DNA of 64,000 nt from an uncultured bacterium (GTDB lineage: Bacteria > Patescibacteriota > Minisyncoccia > UBA6257 > 2-01-FULL-56-20), in NCBI GenBank assembly GCA_963707865.1, contig OY970175.1, forward strand, positions 300,352-364,351, given 5' to 3'. The position numbers and the translations under genes are program-made. Below, in pieces: positions 28,493 to 39,049 of this stretch. Position 1 is the first letter of the stretch. Every line of letters begins with the position of its first letter. The notes under the pieces are model-generated. The model was given only the letters and a program-made list of their open reading frames with translations, was not told the origin of the DNA and did not search any database.

Positions 28493-31400
28493 TTAATTGT
28501 TGACCGCCGTAAACGTAGTGGTGGCCTGGTAAGTGCCTGTCGGTATGCCGGCTGGCACACCGATGCCCCATAAAACATTGCCTTGTACGGGCGTCGTGCT
28601 CGTCGGGGCAGCAAACAGAAGCCCGCCAATCGCAATCGCGCTGTCAGTGAGGGCCGTATCGCCCGTCCCGAAGGTAAAACTTGAGGTCGCATAATGCTGG
28701 GAGGTCGTGGCGAAGCTATTTGACCCGGAAATGAACGCGGTGCCTGATACCTCGATCGTCGTGGAGGAATTGCCGACATTCTGGATGGTGGTGGTTTGAT
28801 TGGTTCCTTGCGACGTGGTGCTTGCCGTGATTGTGCCGTAATTGATGGATGACGTCGTGACATTGATTGCGATAAGTACGTTCACGTTCACGGGGCCCGA
28901 GGTCGCCGTGGCAGTGTATCCCCCGCCGTTCGTCACCGTAACGGCAGCTGTCCATGAATCAGACGGGAAACTTGACGAGGCGCCGGTAGATTGAGCGAAG
29001 TACCACATATCGGCCGAACAGGTCACGGTGCTGGTGCTTCCGCTAAAGACGCAGTTCGGACTTCCAATCTGATAACAATTTAAGCCGTCCGCCGTGCAAC
29101 TCGCGGTGCGGGACGTGCGATAGATGGTAGAGGTCGCAGAAATGATATTTCCCGGACCGCCCGGATCGCTTGTTGAAGCGACGACGGAAATGGTCTCTGT
29201 CGTGGCCGGCAGAAGTGTGATGTTTGCATCGCCATTTAGATGAACATTGGAGACGGTCGGCGAGGGATTCGTATGAGTGACGATTTCCGGATAGACCGGA
29301 TACGCATAGAGCGCTGTGCTGCTTGAAAAAACGGCTTGAAAACAATAATCGGTGGTTCCCGGAGCGCCGTTGTCCACGAGCGAAAAATCCCAATTGCCGT
29401 CTTGCCCCGTGTAGATGGTTGAAGTGACCGAGAAATTATTCGCTGATTGATACGTTTGTCCCACCACGGTTCGTCCGCCGTCCACGGGATCGCTTGAGGT
29501 TGGCGAAAGCGCGGTTCCGTTCTGAACGAGGGAGTTCGTGTTATAGGCAATGGCCGTGGAACTGGTAATGGTTGCGTAGCCGTATTGAGGACTGGCGCAA
29601 TTCGCGCCATTCCCCTTGTTCGCAAACTGAAGCATGAATGAATCCGTACCGGCAATGGAATTGGTCGCATCAACCGCAAGCAGCATGCGCAAGCGGAATG
29701 CCTCACCAGTAGAAGAAAGTGTCGTTGAAGCATTTTGCGACGCAAGCGCGGATCCGACGTTCGCGGAATTTTGATTGGCAAACCAGGTATATCCCACCTG
29801 CGTGTACGCCGTGGCCGGAGGAACGCTTGATCCAAATGTCCAATGCGTGTTATTGCCGCAGTCCCTGTTCGTGATATTCGCGGCGTTCACGGCACTGCCG
29901 CTTGATGCGTCGGAACGGCTCACGTTCACATAGGCAAGCGGCGTTTGTGTGCCCGAAACGTTCAAAAGCCACGTGCCGGAACCGGCGGAATTACGGAAGT
30001 AGACGGGATGCCCGGATGGCCCAACCCAGTCGGTATTCACAAAGGTATAGGTGGAACCGTTATGGTATTGAATCCCGACATCCCCTGTCGTAATGGTGTA
30101 ATTGTCGGTAGAAGACGCACTTGCAAGAAATGCAACACTCGGCGTAAATCCGGTCAGCTCGCAATCCGAGGGGCCCGCACCGGAATGGTTTGTGATAATA
30201 AGGTCATAAAAAGCGGACGTGCCCGTCATCGTGCCACTAAGTAATTGCTGGCCGGTTCCGCCCAGCGTGACCGTGCCGGAGCGAGCGGTAAAAGTGCCGC
30301 TATTCGTAAAATTACCGTTCAGATTTAAAGCATAACTATTACCACTGACGTCCAGGGTGCCGCTGCTAATGGTCGTTGTGCCGTTCACCGTGGTAGAGCC
30401 GCCCAGGGTCGCGACAAAACCGCTGTCGGATATAGTCAAATTGGAATATGTGGTAGCCGCCACGGTCTGATTTCCCGCGCCATCGTAGTTCACGGTATTC
30501 GCATTTGTGTGGCCATCAAAGGTAGTGATGGCCAGGGCGTTCGTGGTGCCTCCGCCCACGTTAAGAACTGAACCGCTCCCTTGAATCCAGCTTCCGCTGC
30601 CGGTAAAATTCCCCGTTATTGTCACTGTGCCGTTATTGGTCACGGTGCCGGGACTGTTGACCGTCAGGGTTCCGGAAACCGCCAAGGTCGCGGACAAGGT
30701 CCACGTCATGCTGTCGCTCGGGGACAGGGCCAGGTTTTTGACCGTGGTCAGGGCGCAGGTAATCGCGCCGCTGCCGGTGAAATTCAAGGTGTCGTACACC
30801 ACCACCTCGCAGGTCGGTGCAGTGGCAGTGTAGTTGACGATGTTGCCGCTCGCCGTGGCGGTGAGCGTAGTGATGGTCAGATTCGCTCCGGTCGCTCCGA
30901 TGTTCAACGTGCTGGTGCCGGCATTGGTCAACCCCCCGGTCCCTGCCAGAGCAGTAGCGACAGTCAGCGTGCCATTGTTGGTCAAGGTGACCCCGGTGAC
31001 GGTGACGCTCGGGATGGAGAATGTTCCGGTGAGCGCCTGGGAGTTGGTGCTGAAAGTATGCACCCCGGTACTGGCGGTAAAGGTGCCGCTGTTTGTAATG
31101 CCGTTGCTGAAGGTGGAGGTAACTGCCGCACTTTCGGTCCAGTTTGCACCACCATTGATCGTTACGAGACCCGTGAAGGTCTTGGAGGGATTCGTTGCTG
31201 AAGAAAAAGTTAACGTGCCGGATGATCCGCCGCCCACCGTCGTCGTGCTGCTCACAGTTAAGGTAAACGCACCTACCGTGAGGGTCGTGCCGTCGCCGAC
31301 GGAGAGGTTGCCGGTTATTGTCAAGTTGGCCGCGGTCGTCGACGTTGCCGTCCCGCTCAACGTGAGGTTGCCGCCGATCGCCGTGGTACCGGACTGTAAG

Positions 31401-32656
31401 GTCTTGCCACCGCTGCCACTTAGGGTGAGGTTGTAATAGTTGGTGGAAAAGACTGTCTGGGCGCCGGCAAGGTTATAATTGACCGTGTTGCCGCTGGCCG
31501 TGGCGGTCAGCGTGGTGATGGTGGGGGCTGACGCGGAACCGATGTTCAAGACACCAGTGGCGGCATTGATCCATTTAGTACCCGATAAGCTAGTCGCAGC
31601 ATTTACCGTAACGGTTCCGTTATTGGTAGTTGACGCAGAGGATACGGTGCCGGAAAAAGTAAGAGTTGATCCCGAGCTAATAGATGGAGCGGTTGTCCCA
31701 CTGATGGTAAACGTTCCAGTATTTGTTACGGCTCCACTGGTGCCACTAATAACCGACGATGCGCCGGATACCGTAACGCCGCCAGTGCCTGCATGGGTAC
31801 CGCTGTTAGCATAATTGCCCGTAACGGTAAGCAACCTACTATTGCCTCCGTCTGTTAACGTAGCGCCGCTTGATATAGATACGCCCGTAGAAGTCTCCGC
31901 GGCGCCACTCAAAGTTAACTGGCCGGAAGAGACCGTAATGGTTCCCCATGTTGTAATTGCCGTAGCATACGTAACGGCGTCCGTCGCCCCGCTTGATGTT
32001 AAATTAGTTCCCGCGGCCAAACTGATCGTCCCGCCGGTACCTATGGTACTGTTCGTGCCGGTCAGTTGAATGGTTGCAGCACCAGTGGTGGTCAACTGCG
32101 CTTGGGCAGCAGTGCCGCTAAAGCTAATGCCACTGCCAGTAAGAATGATCTTTCCTGTAGTTGCCCCTAACTTTGCGATACGGTTAGTCGAACTTCCAGC
32201 AATCGCGATACTCCCCGCACTCAAGGTAGACGTATTCACCACAATTTGGTTGGTAATGCTGGCGCCAGGAGCATTAATGGTTACGGCGCCTGTCACAGTC
32301 AGATTTTGAGTCAACGTCAGCGTGGTGGCTTTGCTGCAGGTTCCGGAAACACACATAGTAAGAGCGGACACCGTTGCGCCGGCAGTATCCATAGTCATGG
32401 TCGTCGACGCGACGATGGTTACATTATCTCCGGATTGGGGAATATTGCTACCGCAGCCAGTCCAGCTTGACGTAGCGCTCCAGTTAACAGTGCCGGTCGT
32501 AGAAGTACAGTTGTTAGCTTGCGCGTATTGAATTTTTGGAAGCAAATGAAAGTAGCTGGGTATATTTGAAAACGCGATGAAAAGAAAGGTGGGGAAAATA
32601 AAAATAAACAGAAGCAAGCGGCGCTTTACTGTTCTGGACAACGTCAAGCTAATCAC
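28493..32656 (-). CDS. giant (1387 aa) secreted Thr/Gly/Ser-rich repetitive protein, putative beta-helical adhesin
   Basis: N-terminal TM/signal. Hundreds of short T-G-T/S-x repeats typical of parallel beta-helix adhesins. C-terminal module is paralogous to the 27515 gene. Confidence 0.7.
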   Translation of the reverse strand: MISLTLSRTVKRRLLLFIFIFPTFLFIAFSNIPSYFHLLPKIQYAQANNCTSTTGTVNWSATSSWTGCGSNIPQSGDNVTIVASTTMTMDTAGATVSALTMCVSGTCSKATTLTLTQNLTVTGAVTINAPGASITNQIVVNTSTLSAGSIAIAGSSTNRIAKLGATTGKIILTGSGISFSGTAAQAQLTTTGAATIQLTGTNSTIGTGGTISLAAGTNLTSSGATDAVTYATAITTWGTITVSSGQLTLSGAAETSTGVSISSGATLTDGGNSRLLTVTGNYANSGTHAGTGGVTVSGASSVISGTSGAVTNTGTFTISGTTAPSISSGSTLTFSGTVSSASTTNNGTVTVNAATSLSGTKWINAATGVLNIGSASAPTITTLTATASGNTVNYNLAGAQTVFSTNYYNLTLSGSGGKTLQSGTTAIGGNLTLSGTATSTTAANLTITGNLSVGDGTTLTVGAFTLTVSSTTTVGGGSSGTLTFSSATNPSKTFTGLVTINGGANWTESAAVTSTFSNGITNSGTFTASTGVHTFSTNSQALTGTFSIPSVTVTGVTLTNNGTLTVATALAGTGGLTNAGTSTLNIGATGANLTITTLTATASGNIVNYTATAPTCEVVVYDTLNFTGSGAITCALTTVKNLALSPSDSMTWTLSATLAVSGTLTVNSPGTVTNNGTVTITGNFTGSGSWIQGSGSVLNVGGGTTNALAITTFDGHTNANTVNYDGAGNQTVAATTYSNLTISDSGFVATLGGSTTVNGTTTISSGTLDVSGNSYALNLNGNFTNSGTFTARSGTVTLGGTGQQLLSGTMTGTSAFYDLIITNHSGAGPSDCELTGFTPSVAFLASASSTDNYTITTGDVGIQYHNGSTYTFVNTDWVGPSGHPVYFRNSAGSGTWLLNVSGTQTPLAYVNVSRSDASSGSAVNAANITNRDCGNNTHWTFGSSVPPATAYTQVGYTWFANQNSANVGSALASQNASTTLSSTGEAFRLRMLLAVDATNSIAGTDSFMLQFANKGNGANCASPQYGYATITSSTAIAYNTNSLVQNGTALSPTSSDPVDGGRTVVGQTYQSANNFSVTSTIYTGQDGNWDFSLVDNGAPGTTDYCFQAVFSSSTALYAYPVYPEIVTHTNPSPTVSNVHLNGDANITLLPATTETISVVASTSDPGGPGNIISATSTIYRTSRTASCTADGLNCYQIGSPNCVFSGSTSTVTCSADMWYFAQSTGASSSFPSDSWTAAVTVTNGGGYTATATSGPVNVNVLIAINVTTSSINYGTITASTTSQGTNQTTTIQNVGNSSTTIEVSGTAFISGSNSFATTSQHYATSSFTFGTGDTALTDSAIAIGGLLFAAPTSTTPVQGNVLWGIGVPAGIPTGTYQATTTFTAVNN

Positions 32657-32712
32657 ACTTCATATTTTGCCACATTTTCAATAGAAAATCAGCAATGCGC
32701 AGGGTCCGAGGG

Positions 32713-34380
32713 TCATCGAACGTCAATGTTTAATTGGCAAAAATTGGAGAGCACGGTTCCATCGGCTTCATGCTCGTGGTAGATCACGGGAATATTGAAG
32801 GAACCATGCTGGGCGTCGGCCGCCGCTTGGAAGGTCAGGGACGAGGTCGCCGCGATGGCGCCGCTCGGACTGCCTATGGAAACGGAAATCCCGCGGGGGA
32901 GATATCCCGTGAAAAGATCGTACGATACGCCGCTAATAGATGGATGAAGCATTGCGGTAAACTGCGTAGTTCCGCCGGGAGGCAACGGCTGCGAAAAGGG
33001 TTCTATGCGACAGGTTTGCCGCGCTCCGGGATTGGCGAGCGTAACCCGAACCGGCGGTGCCGTGGAAGAGGCCTCTTCGTCCGTCGAAGTTGGCGTGTTC
33101 GTCATCTCAATTACCGAAGGTATTTCATAATGCACCTCAACAAACATGCCATCCAGGTACACTTTCGGAATTTGCTGAAGCGTGGTCGGGATGCCCTCAA
33201 TCTTCACCTGAAGCTTTTTAAGGTCGTCCCAGCTCGTTACGGGAAGGGTTGCGGTGAAGTTCTGCCAGTTGTCCGGGCCCACCTTTGCAAACTCAACCCA
33301 CGTTTGGCCGTCCACGCTGTAGCTCACCTCCAAAAAGTTATCGTCAGGCGGGGGCGGCGGAGCGAAGACAGGCGCGGAGGAGGTGGTGGTGCTCGCCTCG
33401 GGCGGTACGGTAACATCGGTTCCGGTCGCAGTGGAAGTAACCGTGGAGGTGATCGGCGCGAGCGTCGCCGTGATTGGCGGCGCCATGATCACAGTGCTGC
33501 TCGGCGTTGTCGTGGCACCGGCCTCGGTTGTCGTTGCCGTTGCCGTACTCGTCGCTGCGACAGTCGGAGTTGTCGTTTCCACGATCGTCGCCGCGGAGGC
33601 AGTCGTGGTCGGTGCGGTTGTCGTGCCTGGCTCCGATGAAGAAGTTGCTGGCGCTAGCGTTGATGTCGATTCAGATGGCGGCAGTGGAGGAGTAGGCGGC
33701 GCCGTGTTCGTATCGCTTGAAGTCGGGACAGTGCTCACTGTATCCGTGGTATCTGCAAACGCGACGTTCAAAAGCCGCGTATTAAAGAGCCACGAAGTGC
33801 TCGTCGCTTCGGGTGCGGTGGTGGTTGGCGTAGTAGTGGTGGTGGTGGTGGCCGACGCGGCGGGAACGGTGCCAGTCGCAGTGCTTGTGGCAGTCCCTTC
33901 GTCTGTCGTCGTCGCGAGTCCCGGGATATTCCACACGAGCGTCAAACCGACATTCTTTACGTCGCCTTCCGTTTTATAATCGGGTGGCACAAACGCGCCG
34001 CAAAAAATCTGCGTGAGTGGCGATGTCGGATCGTATACCGCCGCATTGTCCGCGGTGATTGCCGCTGACGAAGTACCCAAACTTTCCGGCTGCCCCTGCG
34101 CGTTTGCAGGATTCTGCCAACTGCCCAAACAGGTAAGCGGGAAGAAGTCGCTTACCTCTGCGCGCGTGGAAAGCTTCCGGATACCCCAGAAAATGCCGCC
34201 GGCGAGAACAAGGAGGATTACAAGCGACCACCACGGGTGGCGCTTCCCGAATCCCGGCCGCAAATTGAGAACGTTTTTGCCATAGACGATTTCTTTGAAC
34301 GAGCGTTTTGATACGCGGGTCCTTCCCGTATGCACATCAAATATACCCCTCGTTTTGTCTTCATTTCTCGCGGGAGTCAT
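32713..34380 (-). CDS. membrane-anchored Thr/Pro-rich surface protein
   Basis: N-terminal cytoplasmic tail plus TM WWSLVILLVLAGGIFWGI. Long low-complexity T/P/A region. C-terminal beta-rich domain. Confidence 0.5.
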   Translation of the reverse strand: MTPARNEDKTRGIFDVHTGRTRVSKRSFKEIVYGKNVLNLRPGFGKRHPWWSLVILLVLAGGIFWGIRKLSTRAEVSDFFPLTCLGSWQNPANAQGQPESLGTSSAAITADNAAVYDPTSPLTQIFCGAFVPPDYKTEGDVKNVGLTLVWNIPGLATTTDEGTATSTATGTVPAASATTTTTTTPTTTAPEATSTSWLFNTRLLNVAFADTTDTVSTVPTSSDTNTAPPTPPLPPSESTSTLAPATSSSEPGTTTAPTTTASAATIVETTTPTVAATSTATATTTEAGATTTPSSTVIMAPPITATLAPITSTVTSTATGTDVTVPPEASTTTSSAPVFAPPPPPDDNFLEVSYSVDGQTWVEFAKVGPDNWQNFTATLPVTSWDDLKKLQVKIEGIPTTLQQIPKVYLDGMFVEVHYEIPSVIEMTNTPTSTDEEASSTAPPVRVTLANPGARQTCRIEPFSQPLPPGGTTQFTAMLHPSISGVSYDLFTGYLPRGISVSIGSPSGAIAATSSLTFQAAADAQHGSFNIPVIYHEHEADGTVLSNFCQLNIDVR

Positions 34381-34434
34381 TCCCTATTATTTTACCATCA
34401 AAAGCAGAAAATCCGCAGAGAAACTGTGGATTCT

Positions 34435-35085
34435 CTAGAGATGCTTCTCTACCTCACTCCAATTCACCACGTTCCACCAAGCGGCGATATAATCCGGGCG
34501 TTTATTCTGGTATTTCAGGTAGTACGCGTGCTCCCATACATCCAGCCCAAGGATCGGCGTCTGCGCTTTTATGAGTGGGCTGTCTTGATTTGGCGTCGTC
34601 GCGACGATCAATTTGCCATTCGCGTCGCGTACGAGCCATGCCCAGCCGCTTCCAAAAATGCCCGCGGCTGTTTTTGTAAACTCCTCTCGGAATTTGGTGT
34701 AGCCGCCAAATGTCCGTGCAACCGCCTCCCCTATTTTTCCGCCCGGTCCGCTACCTCCGCCATTGTCTGGCGTCCCCCCGGCACCAATTTTCCGCGAAGA
34801 CTGGTGCTGAGCAGGGGCCATGATCGTCCAGAAGAACGAGTGGTTCCAGTGTCCCCCGCCGTGATTGCGCACCGCGGCGCGGATGTCCTCCGGCACGGAA
34901 TCCAGCGACCGCAACAGCTCCTCAAGCGGCCTGTCTGCGATCTCGGGATGTTTCGCGAGCGCCGCGTTCAGATTGTTCACATATGCTTGGTGATGTTTCG
35001 TAAGGTGAATCTCCATCGTCTTTGCGTCTATGTACGGTTCCAACGCTTCATAGGCATACGGCAGTTTTGGCAATTCGTATTTCAT
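34435..35085 (-). CDS. sodA: Fe/Mn superoxide dismutase
   Basis: Start [20 protein letters not shown] (ORF track extends to 35163). [23 protein letters not shown] and DVWEHAYYL metal-ligand motifs. Confidence 0.88.
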   Translation of the reverse strand: MKYELPKLPYAYEALEPYIDAKTMEIHLTKHHQAYVNNLNAALAKHPEIADRPLEELLRSLDSVPEDIRAAVRNHGGGHWNHSFFWTIMAPAQHQSSRKIGAGGTPDNGGGSGPGGKIGEAVARTFGGYTKFREEFTKTAAGIFGSGWAWLVRDANGKLIVATTPNQDSPLIKAQTPILGLDVWEHAYYLKYQNKRPDYIAAWWNVVNWSEVEKHL

Positions 35086-35172
35086 AAGAATTATTATAGC
35101 ATATGCCCCGTTAAATGAAAATTTAATGAAAACTTTAGAAAGTTTTAATAGGGATTTTGGCATACTGGGAAC

Positions 35173-35862
35173 ATGGTTATGAAAACAGCACTAAAGGAAA
35201 GGGCTATCGCATTCCGCAGGGATGGATGGTCGTATCGGGAAATCATGCATGAGGTTCCCGTTGCCAAATCAACTATCGGGCTTTGGTTGCGCTCGGTCGG
35301 ATTATCTATCAGACAAAAGCAGAGGCTCACCGAGAAAAGATTAGCTGCGGTAAGGCGAGGTGCCGAAGCAAAACATCAACAGCGGGTTACCATCACACGG
35401 AAAATAATAGCGGCAGCGAAGGAGGATATTGGCGCGATCAGTAAACGTGAACTTTGCCTTATCGGCACCATGCTTTATTGGGCTGAAGGGTCAAAACAAA
35501 AAGATCACGATCCCAGCTGCAGAGTGATGTTCACAAATACTGATCCAGATATGATATGCATTTTCTTGCGATGGCTAAAAGAAATCTGTGATAAAGATCT
35601 ATGCGATACCACTCTAGAAATATACATCCACGGGTTGCAACGGCAGAGAACAGCAGAAATCATTGATTTTTGGTCAGCAATTATCAAATGTGATCCATCT
35701 GTTTTTCAGCATATTTACTACAAGAAAGGAAATCCGAAAACATTGAGAAAAAATGTCGGGAAATCATATCACGGAACTCTGAGGATCAACGTCAAGTCGA
35801 GTACATCACTCAACCGCAAAATTGCGGGATGGACGCAGGGCGTGGTAGACTATTTCCGATAA
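35173..35862 (+). CDS. hypothetical HTH-domain protein, possibly LAGLIDADG-like; low GC
   Basis: N-terminal HTH-like region ([22 protein letters not shown]). [13 protein letters not shown] is weakly LAGLIDADG-like. GC is clearly lower than the flanks. Ends 1 nt before the tRNA-Gln. Confidence 0.45.
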   Translation: MVMKTALKERAIAFRRDGWSYREIMHEVPVAKSTIGLWLRSVGLSIRQKQRLTEKRLAAVRRGAEAKHQQRVTITRKIIAAAKEDIGAISKRELCLIGTMLYWAEGSKQKDHDPSCRVMFTNTDPDMICIFLRWLKEICDKDLCDTTLEIYIHGLQRQRTAEIIDFWSAIIKCDPSVFQHIYYKKGNPKTLRKNVGKSYHGTLRINVKSSTSLNRKIAGWTQGVVDYFR

Positions 35863-35863
35863 T

Positions 35864-35936
35864 TGCGGGGTGGTGCAATCGGTAACACGTCGGTCTTTGG
35901 CACCGAAGTTCCAGGTTCGAGCCCTGGCCCCGCAGC
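35864..35936 (+). tRNA. tRNA-Gln (anticodon UUG)
   Basis: Hand-folded cloverleaf. Acceptor TGCGGGG/CCCCGCA with U1:A72 and G73. Anticodon stem TCGGT/ACCGA, loop CTTTGGC (U33, TTG). T arm CCAGG-TTCGAGC-CCTGG. 3' CC encoded. Confidence 0.8.
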
Positions 35937-35996
35937 CTTCGGATTTTACTATCGTGCAAACTGGGACGCCCGGTTCTATTGAACCGACAGGCGTCA

Positions 35997-38036
35997 CTAA
36001 CTTTTTGTTACCGTGATCGTTATGCTCCCGTCGGCGAAATTACCCGCCCGATCAAAAGCCCGCACGGTGATGATGTGCGTTCCTATGGGAAGCGAAATAG
36101 AGAGTGGTGAGGCGGCGGGCAAGAAAATGCCGTCGTCAAACTGGACGTAATAGTTACCCTGCAAACCGCTTAGGTCGTCATGGCTTTCGAACGTTAGCCT
36201 TACAATCTGGCCCTCGGATACTGTCGTTTCGCTGGCCTTGATGATGGGTTCTGATGGCGGTGTTGTGTCTATCATCACCTTATAATTGGAAACCGCGCCG
36301 GTGATACCGTTTTTGATCGGCTGGATATGGAAATAGTAGATGCCATCGGTAAGACCGGAGAACAAAACCGAGTCGGCAGAAGTTGCGCGTGCTCCCGCAA
36401 GCGTGGTCATGACGGGAATGTTATTCAGTGAATAAAGATAGCGATAGCCGGGAGAGGCTATCCAGGTGAAGAGACCGTTCGGCTCGTTATACCACCGGGC
36501 GCTGTTGGGATATGTCGGAGAAAATACTATGACCGAAGAGGTGCTATTTTCCGCCATCGCTTCGTCAATGATGCGATAGCTACCGTCGGTCGAGAGACGC
36601 AAAACATCCGTGCCCAATCCGTCGTTCGCCAATATCTGCGTGTCCGTGCTGAAATGTAACGTCACGTCTCCCCCTTGCATAGGCTGCAAAGCGAGCGTAA
36701 CTACATTGCCGCCCTCGCCGGAAAAACCTGGGGTCGGAAGGCCGCAAGCCACTTGCACCTCGCCGCGTTTATTATCAATACTTTTCTCTAAAAATATTGC
36801 TGGCGCGCAAAAGGAATCCGCAGTAATAATATCTGCTACCCAAATCCTTGACGGATCATATGTTATATCGATCTGGGCGGCATTGATGGCTTCTCCGCCG
36901 GTTGACACCTCGACCTCCACCCGTTGCTCCGACGACCTGCTCCAAACGGCGAAGCTTGGGTCGAACGCGAGCGTCGAATTATAAATGGTGTACGGAGGTT
37001 TCTGGACAAGGATCGAGTGGCTGTAAAGCAAAGCCCTGTCGGTAAAAAAGATCGCGAAAAACACGACGAGTGAGCAGATTACGAGAATCGTAACCTCTGC
37101 TGCCTGGCGCCTTTTTGTCGCCCCGTGTGTGTGGAGACAGAACATGATGAGGGCGAAGAAGAACGCGACAATCAAAGAAAAAATAGCGGCTTCCGCGGTA
37201 TAGCTCGCCGGGTAAAGCACGAGTACCCCTCCTGAGCTTCTTCCATAAGGGCCAGGGAAAGCGAGATTTTCCACGAAATATGCCCTTCCTTCTACGATCA
37301 CCTCGCGGCCCGATTGCCCCTTCAGGATCCAATCAGAGCCAATGTTGAAATATGCCGCAAGGAGAAGTTTAGTATTCGGATTTTCAAAAGTGGTTCCGAC
37401 CACGCCGTCCTGGCTTGAGTAGAAAATGAGATTTTCTCCGTCAGTCAAATATTTACTTCTGAAACTATGGGCATAAGCATCATCAACCGAGTAGCCGCCG
37501 AATACCGCTCCTACCATTTGCCCATGGTCGGTCACAGGATAGCCCGCAACCACTAAGAGCGGGGTGTCGCTCCCGCGCTCTATGGAAACCACGGCTGTTC
37601 CCTCCGCTACCTTCTGCCCATAAGCCGTCGTCTGAAATATATAATCGCCGATGCGGGAGGAAGAGGCCTGCGTTTGTGTCAGGACAACACCTGCGCCATC
37701 CGTAACATTGAGAACATCGAGGTGATAGATCGCTTGCTCGTCCCGGAGCGCCGAAGCGAGCTGCGGAACATCCCTTGCCTCAATCAGTTTCGCGAGACCG
37801 GAAGAGGCCGCAATCTTTCCTACGTTCTGAAAGACATATTGCGAACCCGTGTCGAGGCCATGCTGTACTTGTCCCGCTTTGCTATCGAAGAATCTCAATT
37901 CAAACCAATGGGTAACCTGATATGAGAAAAGTGACACTACCGAAAACGCGGCGATGGTCGCCACCATCACGATGAGGATGAATTTTTTGCAGTTTGTCTT
38001 TGATATTTGAACGGCGGCGCGGGAAGATGAGAGCAT
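35997..38036 (-). CDS. large membrane/surface protein with cohesin-like and GIYYFHI-type modules
   Basis: Two TM regions. VEVEVSTGGEAINAAQIDITYDPSRIWVADI is cohesin-like. ILANDGLGTDVL and DGIYYFHIQP blocks match the 21622 gene. The start may be 38036 or the internal Met at 37967. Confidence 0.55.
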   Translation of the reverse strand: MLSSSRAAVQISKTNCKKFILIVMVATIAAFSVVSLFSYQVTHWFELRFFDSKAGQVQHGLDTGSQYVFQNVGKIAASSGLAKLIEARDVPQLASALRDEQAIYHLDVLNVTDGAGVVLTQTQASSSRIGDYIFQTTAYGQKVAEGTAVVSIERGSDTPLLVVAGYPVTDHGQMVGAVFGGYSVDDAYAHSFRSKYLTDGENLIFYSSQDGVVGTTFENPNTKLLLAAYFNIGSDWILKGQSGREVIVEGRAYFVENLAFPGPYGRSSGGVLVLYPASYTAEAAIFSLIVAFFFALIMFCLHTHGATKRRQAAEVTILVICSLVVFFAIFFTDRALLYSHSILVQKPPYTIYNSTLAFDPSFAVWSRSSEQRVEVEVSTGGEAINAAQIDITYDPSRIWVADIITADSFCAPAIFLEKSIDNKRGEVQVACGLPTPGFSGEGGNVVTLALQPMQGGDVTLHFSTDTQILANDGLGTDVLRLSTDGSYRIIDEAMAENSTSSVIVFSPTYPNSARWYNEPNGLFTWIASPGYRYLYSLNNIPVMTTLAGARATSADSVLFSGLTDGIYYFHIQPIKNGITGAVSNYKVMIDTTPPSEPIIKASETTVSEGQIVRLTFESHDDLSGLQGNYYVQFDDGIFLPAASPLSISLPIGTHIITVRAFDRAGNFADGSITITVTKS

Positions 38037-39049
38037 GAAAAAAAACGAAAGGGGCGCGGTTCACGGCGGCGGACCGGCGGGACATCGAGATACTTCGCAG
38101 TAAGGGCCGCTCGCTCCAGGAGATCGCGGATACGTTTCATCGGCCAAAGAGCGGCATTTGGTACGAACTCCAGAAGAGGCGGAAAGGGAGATCGTATGAC
38201 GCTGAATATGCAAAGCACCTGCACTATGTGCGGATGCGACAAAAGCGGAAAATCGGCAAGAAGATAGCATTTCATGACGACCTCAAACGATTCGTTGATG
38301 CCGCCCTCCTGGATGACCAGGCGCCGGAGGAGATCGCAAAACGACTGAGGCGCATTGAACGGCGCCTGCCCTATGTTTCCGCTTCGGCCATCCGGCGCTA
38401 CCTCAAAAGCGTCTACGGGCGGAGAATCGAATACCATCGGAGCAAAGTCTTCAAAAAGAAACGGCGCAAAGTTGCGGTGCGGAAACAGATCCTGCACAAG
38501 AGGATGATCTCCAAGAGGCCAAGCAAAATCAACAAACGGTGGGGTCTTGGCCATATGGAAGGCGACTTCATCGTATCGGGGAAAAGCGGACGAGGCATGG
38601 TCTTCGCCCTCCGCGACCGGAAGGTACGGAAGAATCTTTTGGAGAAAATACTGCCGGTGTCGCTCCGCACGGTCGATCAGGCGCTGGGCAGGATGAAGCA
38701 GCGCTACCCGGAGATGCAGACGATCACTTTCGACAACGATATCCTGTTTCTTGAGCATCAAACCTTGGAAAAGAAATATGGCATCAAGATATATTTCTGC
38801 TTCCCGCACTCCCCGTGGCAGAAGCCGAGTATCGAGCAACTGAACAAAGTACTGCGGCGCTACATCCCCAAAAGCTCCGACATATCAAAATATTCCCGCA
38901 GGTTCATCGCGAATCTTGAAAAGAAGATGAATCGCAAATTCATGGATGTCCTCCGTTCCCTCACGCCCGATGAGGCGTATGAGAAAGAGAAGAAACAAAA
39001 ACAGCGCCGGAGGGCGCGTCGGAAAGAAAAAACTCAGCGTTCAAATTGA
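38035..39049 (+). mobile_element. IS30-family transposase gene, frameshifted in an A8 homopolymer near the start
   Basis: ATG 38035, A8 run 38038..38045, frame-0 stop after 22 codons. The -1-shifted frame reads KTKGARFTAADRRDIEILRSKGRSLQEIADTFHRPKSGIWYELQK (IS30 N-terminal HTH) and continues into ORF 38228..39049 (GHMEGDFI, CFPHSPWQKPSIEQLN DDE region). Confidence 0.75.

Noticed and set aside
29902-32531. Numerous plus-strand ORFs (for example 30581..31201, 30834..31436, 31479..31814) inside the giant minus-strand gene
   Set aside because: They are antisense shadow ORFs of a long, repetitive, GC-rich gene. Their Val/Pro/Ala-rich translations mirror the sense-strand repeats and have no independent support.
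34435-35163. Extended SOD start at 35163 (26 extra residues [17 protein letters not shown]...)
   Set aside because: Fe/Mn SODs begin at the conserved (M)KYELP..LPY motif. The extension has no counterpart and would place a hydrophobic segment on a cytoplasmic enzyme. Note that a real signal peptide cannot be entirely excluded.
37967-38839. 290-aa minus-strand ORF
   Set aside because: Antisense to the IS30 transposase frame. The IS30 HTH and DDE motifs are on the plus strand.
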